Shown: positions 28,352 through 38,467, counted from the first letter of the stretch. The stretch is DNA of 64,000 bases from Candidatus Poribacteria bacterium (GCA_965215265.1 OZ244048.1:1760001-1824000); one strand, 5' to 3'. Program-made: numbers and translations. Notes: generated by a model from the letters alone, not told the origin.

Positions 28352-30370
28352 ATGCCAAACACCCCTAACCGAAGAACGACTATACCTCAAAAAAGCAATG
28401 AAGCAGCGCGCCTGCGATTTCCTGCGATTGTAGTAGGATTGCTCTTAGTGGGCGCGATGTGTGCAATCACACCGTATAACAACTATTTCTTACAGAATTC
28501 CAAGATTGCCGGTAACCATCTCCCTGTCGGCTCTATCTTTGGCATCCTGCTGTTGGTGTTTTTTGTAAATGTACCGCTGCGGAAGTTGATGCAACGTCGC
28601 AGTTTTGCCTTTTCTTCACTCGAGTTAACGGTTATCTGGATGATGCTGATTGTCGCTGTCGGTATCCCTTCAATGGGGTTGTTGCAGTTTCTCCTGCCTT
28701 CGCTGGTAGCACTCCGTTATTTTGCAACGACAGAGAACGATTGGGCAGAAACGCTCCATCCGCATATCCCGGATTGGTTAGTCGTTATGGATGTACGTGC
28801 GTCAACCGACTTCTATGAGGGCATTTCTCCGGGTGAAAACGTTCCGTGGCTGCTCTGGCTCAAGCCTCTTCTCATTTGGGGACTTTTTGTCCTTGTGTTT
28901 TATATCACAACGTTTTGCCTGTCCACAATTCTACGCAAACAGTGGGTAGAACGAGAACGGTTTTCGTTTCCGTTAATTCAGATTCCTATCCAATTAGCGG
29001 CGGAGCCCCCCCGTGGCACGCTGCTCAACACCTTCTTTAAAAATAGGCTGCTATGGGCAGGAATGGCATTGCCTGTGGTGTTGCACCTCATCAACGGTCT
29101 ACATGCACACTTTCCGACGGTGCCCGAAATTCCGCTTATCTACAACATCTATCAGGTGTTTACGGAGAAGCCGTGGCATACACTCGGTTGGTGGCCAGCG
29201 ATGCGACTCGTGATCTATTTTTCGGTCATTGGGATAGCGTCGCTGCTAACGCTTGAGGTGTCGTTTAGTCTCTGGTTTTTCTATCTCTTTTTTAAACTCC
29301 AATACATTATCATGAATGCAAGTGGATTGAGCATTAGCCCGTGGATTAGTTGTAGCCGGCAAGTGATGGGTGGTTATCTTGTCTTTGTTCCGGCTGTTTT
29401 CTGGATTGGGCGTGAACACATCTCGACAATTTTTAGAAAGACGTTCGGTCTGGGAGCGGCTCGGCCTTCGCGCATGGGCACTTTTTCCGAGTCCCGCACG
29501 ATAGACGATTCCAACGAACCAGTCTCCTATCGTGTAGCACTGCTCGGATTTGTGATAGGCTTTTTAACTCTCACTGTCTTCTTGGTGATGGCGGGTGTGA
29601 CAACATGGGTTGCCGTCGTAACTCTGCTTTCGATCTTCGTTACCTCTATTGTGTTGTCGTGGATGGTCGTGAATGGTGGGTTGTTGTTGGTGCAAGCCCC
29701 CTTTTTCCCTTCAGAGTACATTGATATTACGTTAGGTTCGGGCGCGTTAGGGCAGAAGAGCCTCGCGATTCTGAGTTTTCAGCGGACGTTCCTGCGGGAT
29801 TGGGGCGAATTCATGATGCCCAACTTTCTGCACAGTTTCAAAGCCGCGGACGAGGTGCGTCTCGCACGTCGCCGGATTCTTCCGATCCTGGGCATCGCCA
29901 TTGCGGTGGCTATCCTCGTTTCTGTTTACTTTTCTCTCACGCTCATCTACAACAAAGGTGCGCTGTTCCTGCAGAGTTGGAGTTTCGTAGTCGCGCCACG
30001 CAACTATTTTCAACGGATGAGTAGTCTCATCGAATTCCCCGTAGAGACAAAGTGGGACGAGGTTTACAGTATGATTGCAGGTGCCGGCTTTACGGGGTTT
30101 ATGCTCTGGATGCGCCAGCATTTTGTGTGGTGGTCCCTCCACCCGATCGGTTATTTGCTCGGTGCAACTTATCCGCCCTTTCACCTCTGGTCGTCCATTT
30201 TAATTGGGTGGTTCATTAAGTACAGTTCGCTCAAGTTTGGCGGTGCATCGACATATCGGAAACTCCGGCCTGTGGCATTCGGGTTAATTTTCGGGGAGTA
30301 TGTGATGGTTGGCGTGTGGATGATAGTCGGGTTTTTCACGGGGATTGGGTACTTTGCACTGCCATCGTAG
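28352..30370 (+). CDS. Polytopic membrane protein, putative peptide transporter (DUF6785/DUF6784-like)
   Basis: Paralog of 9197..11074: QWVERERFSFPL and WWSLHPIGY motifs. Confidence 0.8.
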   Translation: MPNTPNRRTTIPQKSNEAARLRFPAIVVGLLLVGAMCAITPYNNYFLQNSKIAGNHLPVGSIFGILLLVFFVNVPLRKLMQRRSFAFSSLELTVIWMMLIVAVGIPSMGLLQFLLPSLVALRYFATTENDWAETLHPHIPDWLVVMDVRASTDFYEGISPGENVPWLLWLKPLLIWGLFVLVFYITTFCLSTILRKQWVERERFSFPLIQIPIQLAAEPPRGTLLNTFFKNRLLWAGMALPVVLHLINGLHAHFPTVPEIPLIYNIYQVFTEKPWHTLGWWPAMRLVIYFSVIGIASLLTLEVSFSLWFFYLFFKLQYIIMNASGLSISPWISCSRQVMGGYLVFVPAVFWIGREHISTIFRKTFGLGAARPSRMGTFSESRTIDDSNEPVSYRVALLGFVIGFLTLTVFLVMAGVTTWVAVVTLLSIFVTSIVLSWMVVNGGLLLVQAPFFPSEYIDITLGSGALGQKSLAILSFQRTFLRDWGEFMMPNFLHSFKAADEVRLARRRILPILGIAIAVAILVSVYFSLTLIYNKGALFLQSWSFVVAPRNYFQRMSSLIEFPVETKWDEVYSMIAGAGFTGFMLWMRQHFVWWSLHPIGYLLGATYPPFHLWSSILIGWFIKYSSLKFGGASTYRKLRPVAFGLIFGEYVMVGVWMIVGFFTGIGYFALPS

Positions 30371-30435
30371 CTATTCGTCACGGCGAGAGGACCTTCCCAC
30401 TGCCCTGCAAGAGGCGGAAACGCTTACCATTCTGT

Positions 30436-31090
30436 TTACGAAACCGTATCGTTTCCGTTTTCAGAGAGATGATGGACAACGGCAAGCGGTGTTGCAGCGA
30501 GGAGCCCCGCATCAATCGGAATAACAACCCCGGAAATCCATCGTGATTCTTCACTCGCTAGAAAAACGGCTGCCCAAGCAACATCCCATGCGGTGCCTTC
30601 TGTACCGAGTGGTGCGATAAGTCTGCGCCGTTCCCGCTCGGCTTCACTTAAATACGGTGCCGGAAATGAGGCGTAGAGGTGCCCCGGTGCGATACAGTTA
30701 GTGCGGATATTATCGCGGCCGTGGTGTACTGCCATGACCTTGGTAGTTGAGATCATGCCGCCCTTTGCAGCGGCATAAGGGACGTTCCGGACAGAACCTG
30801 CACGCAATGCGTCAATTGATGAGACATTGATGATGGAACCGCCGCCTGCTTCCGCCATCCGCGGCACGGCATGCTTGCATGCCATAATCATGCTCTTGAG
30901 ATTAACATCCATGACGCGGTCCCACTTTTCCTCTTCGACTTGCGTTACCATGCCGGAGCCGCCTAAGCCGACGTTGTTAAACAGGACGCTCAGGCTCCCA
31001 AACTGTGTAACGGCGGTATCTACCATCGCGGCGCAGTCTGTTTCTTTGGAGACATCTCCGATGAACACAGCTGCTTCACCGCCTTCTGCC
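30436..31090 (-). pseudogene. C-terminal part of a split SDR oxidoreductase
   Basis: GDVS, NNVG, SIINVSS, YAAAK and NCIAPG motifs; the Rossmann N-terminus is missing here and found at 36825..36994. Confidence 0.88.
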
Positions 31091-31747
31091 CAAGTTGACG
31101 GAGGAACTGAAGTCGAAAGACGACGCAGAGACCCGCTTCTCATGCAGAACGACCTCATTAACACCGCGAAAATTACCTGGGAATACCTAGGCATCGACCG
31201 GCTCGTTACAACCGCCCGTGCGAAACTTCAATATAATATCGATTTCGACAATCACAATCAACATTACGAAGTCGGAATTTTCAAAATGCTCTATCGACTG
31301 AGACCTTCCAAATCACTCGAAATCAGTCCTATGTTCAAATACACCGTCCGAAACGGATTCCGGATGGCTGAGGACCGGCTTGAAGACCTCGTCTTGAAAG
31401 AGGAAATCGAGGGGGCGCTCCTTACCCGCCGCCTACGACTCCGCAAAATAGAACAGGCGGATGTACGCGATATGACACCCGCACTCATCCTCAAAGTCGT
31501 CTATCAATTCACAAAAACCATCAAACTTACCGGCGGCGGACAGATTCTGCTCTTTAACGACATGATTAATGACGATAACGATTTTGTGCGGCAAGCCCTA
31601 TTGGCGGAGCTGGAAAAGAGTTTTGTCGCGTACCGCAAGCAACTCTTTCTGCACATCGGCGCCCGATACATAGATCAGCGTGCAATAGGTGAAGTGAATG
31701 ATCAGAATTTCATGGAGCTCTTCGTGCGGGTTTTTGGCAAATTCTAA
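31091..31747 (+). pseudogene. 5'-truncated C-terminal fragment of a beta-rich (outer-membrane-like) protein
   Basis: Protein-like frame begins at the SDR junction; amphipathic strands ending ...ELFVRVFGKF. The ORF-track N-terminus is antisense SDR. Confidence 0.6.
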
Positions 31748-31786
31748 AAGTTTTTTTTGATGATAATCCGGATGTGAGAAAAAGGT

Positions 31787-31940
31787 TTGCCAAAAAGTAT
31801 TGTTTTCGGCTAAAATGTGTTCGTCTCTTTTTTAATTCGGAAAAAAGAGTTGCCAAAAAACGTTCATTGTGCAATAATGCGAACTAACCTTTGAGTCAGA
31901 CAAAAAAAGTTTGCCAAAAAGTGTTGTTTTCGGCTAAAAT
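31787..31940 (+). promoter_or_regulatory. Three tandem sigma70-like promoters
   Basis: TTGCCA-18-TAAAAT (31787), TTGCCA-17-AATAAT (31850) and TTGCCA-18-TAAAAT (31911); the first and third are near-identical. Confidence 0.55.
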
Positions 31941-32371
31941 GCCTTAACTCGAATCAGACAGGGAAAACTCAAAAAGATGAAACACCGAGAGTCCGTTTAC
32001 CAGAAGAGCAGAGTGCCTGGCCCCGTGCTGCGGGTTTGCAGTGTTGGCGGGAAGGCATTCGTATGCCGTGCTGTCGTGTGTTTTAACTGCCTGTTAAGAC
32101 GATTGACCCCTCCCCCTTCACGTGCGTTAACCCTCTTATTAACTCAAGCAGCCTCACCCGTCGTCGCTGCTTTCTCACGCCTGCACGCCTACCGTCTCGG
32201 ACGGTGGAAGCCGTTGCAGGCTTTTTTTCTGATGCGTGCGGTGTTCACTTGCGGAGGCCCTGGGCCCCTGCACGCCTGCCCGCCCGCAATCAAACTGATA
32301 ACGACTTATAAACCTAACCGATGCGATAATCGCATCGACAACGGACACATCGTCCGAAAGGATATTTTGAA

Positions 32372-32980
32372 ATGAAAGATTGGATGAACGCGAAAAAAGG
32401 CATCGTGATTTTATTGGGCGGGCTGGTGTTAGTGTTTGCCTGCTACGGGCTGGTAAGAGCGCAACACGGCTTGAAGCCCGTTCAATCAGAGACGCGGCAC
32501 GTCGCCCCGCCGGTTGACGGGCAGGCAGGCATAGCACGTAGCTTGCCTGCAGTCTCCCCCGACTCGGTTTCTCCTGAAACGGTTGCGGAGTGGTTGTCGC
32601 TCTTACGCGCCAACAATGACGGCTCCGCGGTTTTTGCACAGGGGATAGCGAACCTTGAGCAGGTGCTGTGGGAGATGCAGCCCGTGGAGCGGCCGCGGCT
32701 GTTAGCGAACTATCCGAATCCGTTCAACCCAGAAACGTGGATACCTTATCGGCTGGCAGTGCCAGGGGATGTGGAGATATCCATCTATGCGTTGGACGGG
32801 CGGTTAGTCCGGACGTTAGCCTTGGGACATCAAGCGGCGGGCCGTTACGAGAGCAAGGCACGCGCCGCGTATTGGGATGGGCGCAACGCCTCTGGTGAGC
32901 GTGTTGCAAGCGGTATCTATTTCTATACGCTGCGTGCCGGCGACTTCTCTGCGACGCAGAAGATGTTGATAAGGAAGTAA
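32372..32980 (+). CDS. Stand-alone FlgD-Ig/T9SS-type C-terminal sorting-like domain with N-terminal signal or anchor
   Basis: LLANYPNPFNPETWIPY...YWDGRNASGERVASGIYFYTL...TQKMLIRK. Confidence 0.88.
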   Translation: MKDWMNAKKGIVILLGGLVLVFACYGLVRAQHGLKPVQSETRHVAPPVDGQAGIARSLPAVSPDSVSPETVAEWLSLLRANNDGSAVFAQGIANLEQVLWEMQPVERPRLLANYPNPFNPETWIPYRLAVPGDVEISIYALDGRLVRTLALGHQAAGRYESKARAAYWDGRNASGERVASGIYFYTLRAGDFSATQKMLIRK

Positions 32981-33067
32981 AGCGAGAGAGGGATGTAAGG
33001 CGGGGGTGTGTCGTCTCGTGTTCACGAGGCGGTACCCGCCTCCAACCCCTCGTATTTTTAGCCGCGA

Positions 33068-35965
33068 GTGTTTCGCGGCATTTGGAGGACTGTAATGTAT
33101 GATAAAAACGTGTCAAAGGTTTGGAGCCTTTTGATGTTTGCTAAAAACGATTCAATGATTTGGAGGTCTTTGATGTTTGCTAAAAGTGTGTCAATGATGG
33201 CGTGTGTTCTCACGGTTTTGAGTTTGGGCGTTTTGAGCGATGTGTGTGCGCAAGGGGTAAGCCTGCCTGCGGATGTCGGTGTGCTTTCGACTGTGAAAGG
33301 TGATGCGGATGTGAATGGTGATGGCCGTGTGGATATAGTGGATTTGGCACTGGTAGCGGCGCGCCTGGGAACCCGCGGAAACAGTTCGGCAGATGTGAAC
33401 GGGAATAGGGTAGTGGATATAGGGGACGTGGCGTTAGTAGCGGCGGGGTTTAACGGTGCAGCGTCTGCGCCTGCGGCGCCTGCGTCTGCGCCAGCAGGGA
33501 TGGTGCTCATCCCCGCGGGCGAGTTCCAGATGGGCAGCAACGATGCTGAGAATCTTGATGTACGGGAGACCGAGCAGCCTGTGCATACGGTGCATGTGGA
33601 CGCGTTCTATATGGATACGCACGAAGTGACGAACGCTGAGTATAAAAGTTTTGTGCTGGCGAATCCCGAGTGGCAGAAGGGGCGTATTTCGGCTGTCTTC
33701 CACAGAGATAATTACCTAAAACGTTGGAACGGTAATAACTATCCAGAGGGTAAAGGGGACCATCCTGTGACGTTTGTGCCGTGGTATGCGGCGATGGCTT
33801 ATGCTGCGTGGGCAGGGAAGCGTCTTCCAACGGAGGCGGAATGGGAGAAAGCGGCACGTGGTGGGGAGGCAGGTCTGAAGTATCCGTGGGGAGACACGAT
33901 AACGCCGGACGATGCGAACTACGGTTGGAATGTACGCGGTACAACGGCTGTGGGGAGTTATGCTGCGAACGGGTATGGGCTGTTCGACATGGCCGGGAAC
34001 GTGTCGGAGTGGTGTCTTGATGCGTATAATGCGGATTTCTATTCTGCGTCTCCGTCTAGTAATCCGCTGAGTGGTGTGTCTGGTAATACGCTCGCGAATC
34101 TGGATGAGATTGTAGATGACTACACAAGCGTAAGTACGAGCTTAAATCGGGTGTCGCGGGGTGGTAATTGGCGTGGTGATGTGCGTTACCAGCGCGTCGC
34201 CGATCGTTTCAATAAGCCGCCGACGTTCACGAAAAGCTTCGTCGGGTTTCGTTGTGTGAGTGCAGTGCCGGCGGAACCACCCGCACCGGAGCCTGAGCCA
34301 CCCACACCGGAGCCTGAGCCACCCACACCGGAGCCTGAGCCACCCGCACCGGAGCCTGAGCCACCCGCACCGCCGGCACCGGCAGGGATGGTGCTCATCC
34401 CCGCAGGCGACTTCCAGATGGGCAGCAACGGTGCTGATGCGTGGAGTAACGAGCGGCCTGTGCATACAGTGTATGTGGACGCGTTCTATATGGATACGCA
34501 CGAAGTGACGAACGCGGAGTATCAAACTTTTGTGCTGGCAAACCCGCAGTGGCAGAAGACGCGTCTTCCGGATGTCTTCCACAATGGGAATTACCTAAGT
34601 CATTGGGACGGTAATAACTATCCAGTGGGTAAGGGGGACCATCCTGTGACGCATGTGTCGTGGTATGCGGCGATGGCATATTCCGCGTGGGCAGGGAAGC
34701 GTCTGCCAACGGAGGCGGAGTGGGAGAAAGCAGCACGCGGTGGGTTAGTTGGTAAGAAATACCCGTGGGGGGATACGATAACGGAGAACGATGCGAACTA
34801 TCAAACCGGCCGCGGCGATACAACGGCTGTGGGGAGTTATGCTGCGAACGGATATGGGCTGTATGATATGGCAGGGAACGTTCGGGAGTGGTGTCTTGAT
34901 GCGCATAATGCGGCATTTTATTCTGCGTCTCCGTCTAATAATCCGCTGAGCGGTGTGTCTGGCAGTATGCTCGCGAATCTGGATGAGATTGTAGATAACT
35001 ACACAACTGTTACCTCCTCTCGCGTGTTGCGCGGCGGTAGCTGGCACAATTCTGCACGGAACCTGCGTGCCGCTCTTCGCCACGGGAATTCACCTTCGGA
35101 CGCGCGCGGCAACAACGGGTTCCGGTGTGCGAGGGCTGTAACTCCTTCGCCGGAGGACGAGACACCGGCACCGGAACCGCCCGCCCCGGCACCTGCAGGG
35201 ATGGCACTCATCCCCGCAGGCGACTTCCAGATGGGCAGCAACGATGCTGATGCCTGGGATGACGAGGAGCCTGTGCATACGGTGTATGTGGACGCGTTCT
35301 ATATGGACACGCACGAAGTGACGAACGCCGAGTATAAAAGTTTTGTGCTGGCGAATCCCGAGTGGCAGAAGACGCGCATCCCCCGCACGCTCCACAATGG
35401 TCATTACCTAGCCGATTGGGAAGGTAATAACTATCCAGTGGGTAAGGGAGACCATCCTGTGACGCATATGTCGTGGTATGGTGCGATGGCATATGCTGCG
35501 TGGGCAGGGAAGCGTCTGCCGACGGAGGCGGAATGGGAGAAAGCGGCACGCGGTGGTTGGGCCGGGTTAAAGTATCCGTGGGGAAATACGATATCCCCTG
35601 CGAACGCGAACTACGGTAGGAATGTAGGGGACACCCGTCCTGTGGGGAGTTATGCGGCGAACGGATATGGGCTATATGACATGGCAGGGAACGTGTGGGA
35701 GTGGTGTCTTGATGAGTGGGATGCGGATTTCTATTCTGCGTCTCCGTCTAGTAATCCGCTGAGTGGTGTGTCTGACAGTATGCTCGCGAATCTGGATGAG
35801 ATTGTAGATGACTACACAAATGTTACCTCCACTCGCGTGTTGCGCGGCGGTGGCTGGGGCATTAATACACGATACCTGCGCGCCGCTGATCGCTACGGGT
35901 TTACGCCAACGGGCACGAACATCCTCCACTACGGGTTCCGGTGTGCGAGGGCTGTTACTCCTTAA
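33068..35965 (+). CDS. Secreted dockerin plus 3x FGE-sulfatase-type (C-type lectin fold) protein; putative DGR target
   Basis: Dockerin DVNGDGRVDIVDL x2; three MVLIPAG.F.MG...KRLPTEAEWEKAARGG...RGG.W...GFRC domains; Pro-Glu linkers; no catalytic FGE Cys pair. The true start is probably one of the ATGs at 33095-33173. Confidence 0.93.
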   Translation: MFRGIWRTVMYDKNVSKVWSLLMFAKNDSMIWRSLMFAKSVSMMACVLTVLSLGVLSDVCAQGVSLPADVGVLSTVKGDADVNGDGRVDIVDLALVAARLGTRGNSSADVNGNRVVDIGDVALVAAGFNGAASAPAAPASAPAGMVLIPAGEFQMGSNDAENLDVRETEQPVHTVHVDAFYMDTHEVTNAEYKSFVLANPEWQKGRISAVFHRDNYLKRWNGNNYPEGKGDHPVTFVPWYAAMAYAAWAGKRLPTEAEWEKAARGGEAGLKYPWGDTITPDDANYGWNVRGTTAVGSYAANGYGLFDMAGNVSEWCLDAYNADFYSASPSSNPLSGVSGNTLANLDEIVDDYTSVSTSLNRVSRGGNWRGDVRYQRVADRFNKPPTFTKSFVGFRCVSAVPAEPPAPEPEPPTPEPEPPTPEPEPPAPEPEPPAPPAPAGMVLIPAGDFQMGSNGADAWSNERPVHTVYVDAFYMDTHEVTNAEYQTFVLANPQWQKTRLPDVFHNGNYLSHWDGNNYPVGKGDHPVTHVSWYAAMAYSAWAGKRLPTEAEWEKAARGGLVGKKYPWGDTITENDANYQTGRGDTTAVGSYAANGYGLYDMAGNVREWCLDAHNAAFYSASPSNNPLSGVSGSMLANLDEIVDNYTTVTSSRVLRGGSWHNSARNLRAALRHGNSPSDARGNNGFRCARAVTPSPEDETPAPEPPAPAPAGMALIPAGDFQMGSNDADAWDDEEPVHTVYVDAFYMDTHEVTNAEYKSFVLANPEWQKTRIPRTLHNGHYLADWEGNNYPVGKGDHPVTHMSWYGAMAYAAWAGKRLPTEAEWEKAARGGWAGLKYPWGNTISPANANYGRNVGDTRPVGSYAANGYGLYDMAGNVWEWCLDEWDADFYSASPSSNPLSGVSDSMLANLDEIVDDYTNVTSTRVLRGGGWGINTRYLRAADRYGFTPTGTNILHYGFRCARAVTP
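34277..34380 (+). repeat. 21-bp coding tandem repeat (PP[A/T]PEPE linker)
   Basis: CCACCCRCACCGGAGCCTGAG, about 4.5 copies. Confidence 0.9.
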
Positions 35966-35986
35966 ATCTTTACCCCTTTACCTTCT

Positions 35987-36006
35987 CCGATCTGCGTGCA
36001 GATCGG
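35987..36006 (+). other. GC-rich hairpin just after the terminal variable region (DGR target-recognition-like)
   Basis: CCGATCTG-CGTG-CAGATCGG, about 21 nt after the stop, with no following U-tract. Confidence 0.6.
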
Positions 36007-36359
36007 GTCGGCATAATTTATTAACTAATAGTTAAAAAATCGTTATAAATAGGGTAAAATATTAACTATCTGTTAATTTTCAGTTCATTTTTTGCCCGGT
36101 GCGTGCTGAACCCGGTTCGGTTTTGTGCTGGGCCAAACCGTATCTTGTCCGGCTCGTTTTATGCGCAGCGAAAGATAAAAGCAGAGGTGTGATGGTGAGT
36201 AGGCCGTGTGCCGAATGCTATCACACCTCTTTATTGAATCTTTATGCGATTAACTCCGTTTTTTCCGCTGCAGCAGATGCTCCTGTTTTTCCCAACGTTT
36301 CCCTTTATCCCGTTGCCCGTTACATGCCTGTTATTGGACTCGCAGATGCGATTTATTGC

Positions 36360-36580
36360 GTCCAACCAGAAGGAGCCATCTCTCACCTTGAAAAGGCAAA
36401 ACTGCAGGACCCCAGCCTCGCAAATGCCTATTTAGTTTTTGCATACTAAAAGGTCGGGGATTACGACAAAGCGTTAGAACTTCTAAAAGCAAGGCCTGAG
36501 AGAGAGACATTGTTGCACAGGTGCATCTCCGTGCCATTGAATCCGGAGAGCCCTACATTCCACCCATTCAGCGAGAGGTT
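36360..36580 (+). pseudogene. TPR protein fragment
   Basis: PEGAISHLEKA...LVFAY*KVGDYDKALELLK with an in-frame TAA at 36447 and a later frameshift; resembles the TPR region of 23579..25042. Confidence 0.55.
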
Positions 36581-36769
36581 TCGTCCTAGCAGGAACATTC
36601 TGAGGCGGACGGAGCCTTCATGGATATCCCCCTGAATACCGACCCAGGGTTTTCAACGGAGACGGAAACGCCTTAGTGCTCAACTCCCGAAGTATTAACA
36701 GCAGATACCAGCGGTGGGTTGAAGCCCCGCTGATATCGATGCCGTCTTTGAGAAGAGGTAGTTTCATGG

Positions 36770-36826
36770 GTGGCAGAAAAAGGTAATCTTTGTCTCTCCT
36801 TGCAGGAGAGACAAGAATACCGAACC
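36770..36826. repeat. Palindromic dispersed repeat (related copies at about 53158-53220 and 56280-56337)
   Basis: GGTAATCTTTGTCTCTCC-TTGCA-GGAGAGACAAGAATACC. Confidence 0.8.
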
Positions 36827-36994
36827 TTCCGCCTCAATTTCTGCTCGGTTTGCATTTTCGAGAGAAATATCTGCGAGCAGCACCTTTGCGCCCTCTCGCG
36901 CGAACAGGATTGATGTGGCGTAGCCTGTGCCGTCTACTTCCCCTTTTTTCCCCGCACCTGTAACAATGGCAACTTTTCCGATTAATCGATTCAT
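36825..36994 (-). pseudogene. N-terminal part of the split SDR oxidoreductase
   Basis: MNRLIGKVAIVTGAG...GTGYATSILFAREGAKVLLAD...EIEAEG, with AAGGA SD. Confidence 0.88.
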
Positions 36995-37103
36995 AGGATT
37001 CCTTAACTTTTCGGCAATTATTTATTTTTTCTTGTTCGATAAATAGGTTACTCCGCTGGAGCAGGAGAAGGGTACCCTAACAAGTTCTATAAACATGTCG
37101 CTC

Positions 37104-37150
37104 CGCATCGACGCTATGAATGCTTTAGTAGCATTCATAGCGTCGATGCG
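37104..37150. repeat. Perfect 21-bp inverted repeat with 5-nt loop
   Basis: CGCATCGACGCTATGAATGCT-TTAGT-AGCATTCATAGCGTCGATGCG. Confidence 0.92.
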
Positions 37151-37300
37151 TGCCATTAGCATGACCTGGGTCTCAAGCTCCACCGCCGCGCTGGGCTGGA
37201 TGGCATCACGCTCAGAACATCGCTCTCATAATTGAAAAATAAAGGCAGAAGTGGGTTTTGAGTTCAGTGCACATTGAAACCCGACATCGCTCCAATTAGC

Positions 37301-38467
37301 TTAGATTCCCAACTTATCGTTAATTTCTTTCTGATAGCCCTCTAATTCGCAGTTTTCAATTTCTGCGATTGTTACAGGGCGGCCGAACCATCCAGATTCA
37401 TAGACTGCCATGCAGATTGCCTCAGAGCGCATACCTTCGACGGCATCCACTTCGGGCTTTCCGCTGTTCCGAATCGCATCGGCGAAATACTTAAGCTCAA
37501 TGGCGACGGTATCTTCGAGCCCACCGGGGAAATAGTATTCGCGTTCATCGTTACTGAGGCTATCCATGAACTGCTCCATGAGTTCATCGTTGCTGGTTGG
37601 TTCGCCGCTGCGAGGCACCAACCCCCGGTTGAAATCGAGCGCACCTTCACTACCGTAGACGGTGTGTTGGCGGAAGTGATGCCCTGGTGCAGAGCCGACC
37701 CACGTCCACTGTGCCGTAACGCCCTGCTCAAACTTGATGGTGGCGATGGTTGCATCTTCCACGTCAACAGCATAGCCGCCCTCTCTTTCTGCCGGATTGT
37801 CATAGCGGAAGGGTTCGTACGCTTTATTGATGGCATAGACATCAAGGGCTTCCATGCCGAGGATAAAGCGCATGAGGTCCGTGAAATGCACGCCTCCGTC
37901 TAACGCCCATCCGCCCCCGGCATCCATCTTGAAGTTGCGCCAGCCCCATTTGCCTAACCCTTCACTCACTTCAATCCAGAAGAACATACGGGGTTCTCCG
38001 ATGCGTCCCTCAGCAACTGCCCATCGGCGTGTACGTTGGATACGCGCCAATCGATAGTTCTCGGCAACTGAGATAATCTTGTCGTTTCTCTCTGCTGCTT
38101 CCATCATGAGTTTGCATGCACGCATAGTGATACCGAACGGTTTTTCAATGATGACATGCTTTCCTGCATCCAGTGCAGGCACAGCCAGCGTATGATGCGC
38201 GCTGTGTAAAGCACAGATATCCACGCATTCCAATTCTGGATGTTTGGCGAGCATCTCATCGAGTTCGGTGTAGACAGCAGGCTTGGTGCCGCCTTGGAAC
38301 TCGTGTGCTTGACTGGCACGTTCTTCAGCACGTTCGGGGGCAATATCGCACGCCGCAACGATGTCGTAATCCTGAATTCCGTTCTGCCAAAGTTGTTGAT
38401 AGCCGCGCATGTGTGCGCCGGACATACCACCGCACCCGACTAATCCTATTTTAATCTGTTCTGCCAT
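37301..38467 (-). CDS. Gfo/Idh/MocA-family oxidoreductase
   Basis: IGLVGCGG, GKHVIIEKP, AENYR and DGGVH motifs. Confidence 0.93.
   Translation of the reverse strand: MAEQIKIGLVGCGGMSGAHMRGYQQLWQNGIQDYDIVAACDIAPERAEERASQAHEFQGGTKPAVYTELDEMLAKHPELECVDICALHSAHHTLAVPALDAGKHVIIEKPFGITMRACKLMMEAAERNDKIISVAENYRLARIQRTRRWAVAEGRIGEPRMFFWIEVSEGLGKWGWRNFKMDAGGGWALDGGVHFTDLMRFILGMEALDVYAINKAYEPFRYDNPAEREGGYAVDVEDATIATIKFEQGVTAQWTWVGSAPGHHFRQHTVYGSEGALDFNRGLVPRSGEPTSNDELMEQFMDSLSNDEREYYFPGGLEDTVAIELKYFADAIRNSGKPEVDAVEGMRSEAICMAVYESGWFGRPVTIAEIENCELEGYQKEINDKLGI

Noticed and set aside
30827-31194. Apparent overlapping antisense genes (30436..31194 - and 30827..31747 +)
   Set aside because: Each ORF extends across the insertion junction at about 31090 into the antisense of the other fragment.
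33068-35965. Formylglycine-generating enzyme for the nearby sulfatase
   Set aside because: The catalytic Cys pair after RGGS is absent in all three domains; the fold is used as a binding domain.
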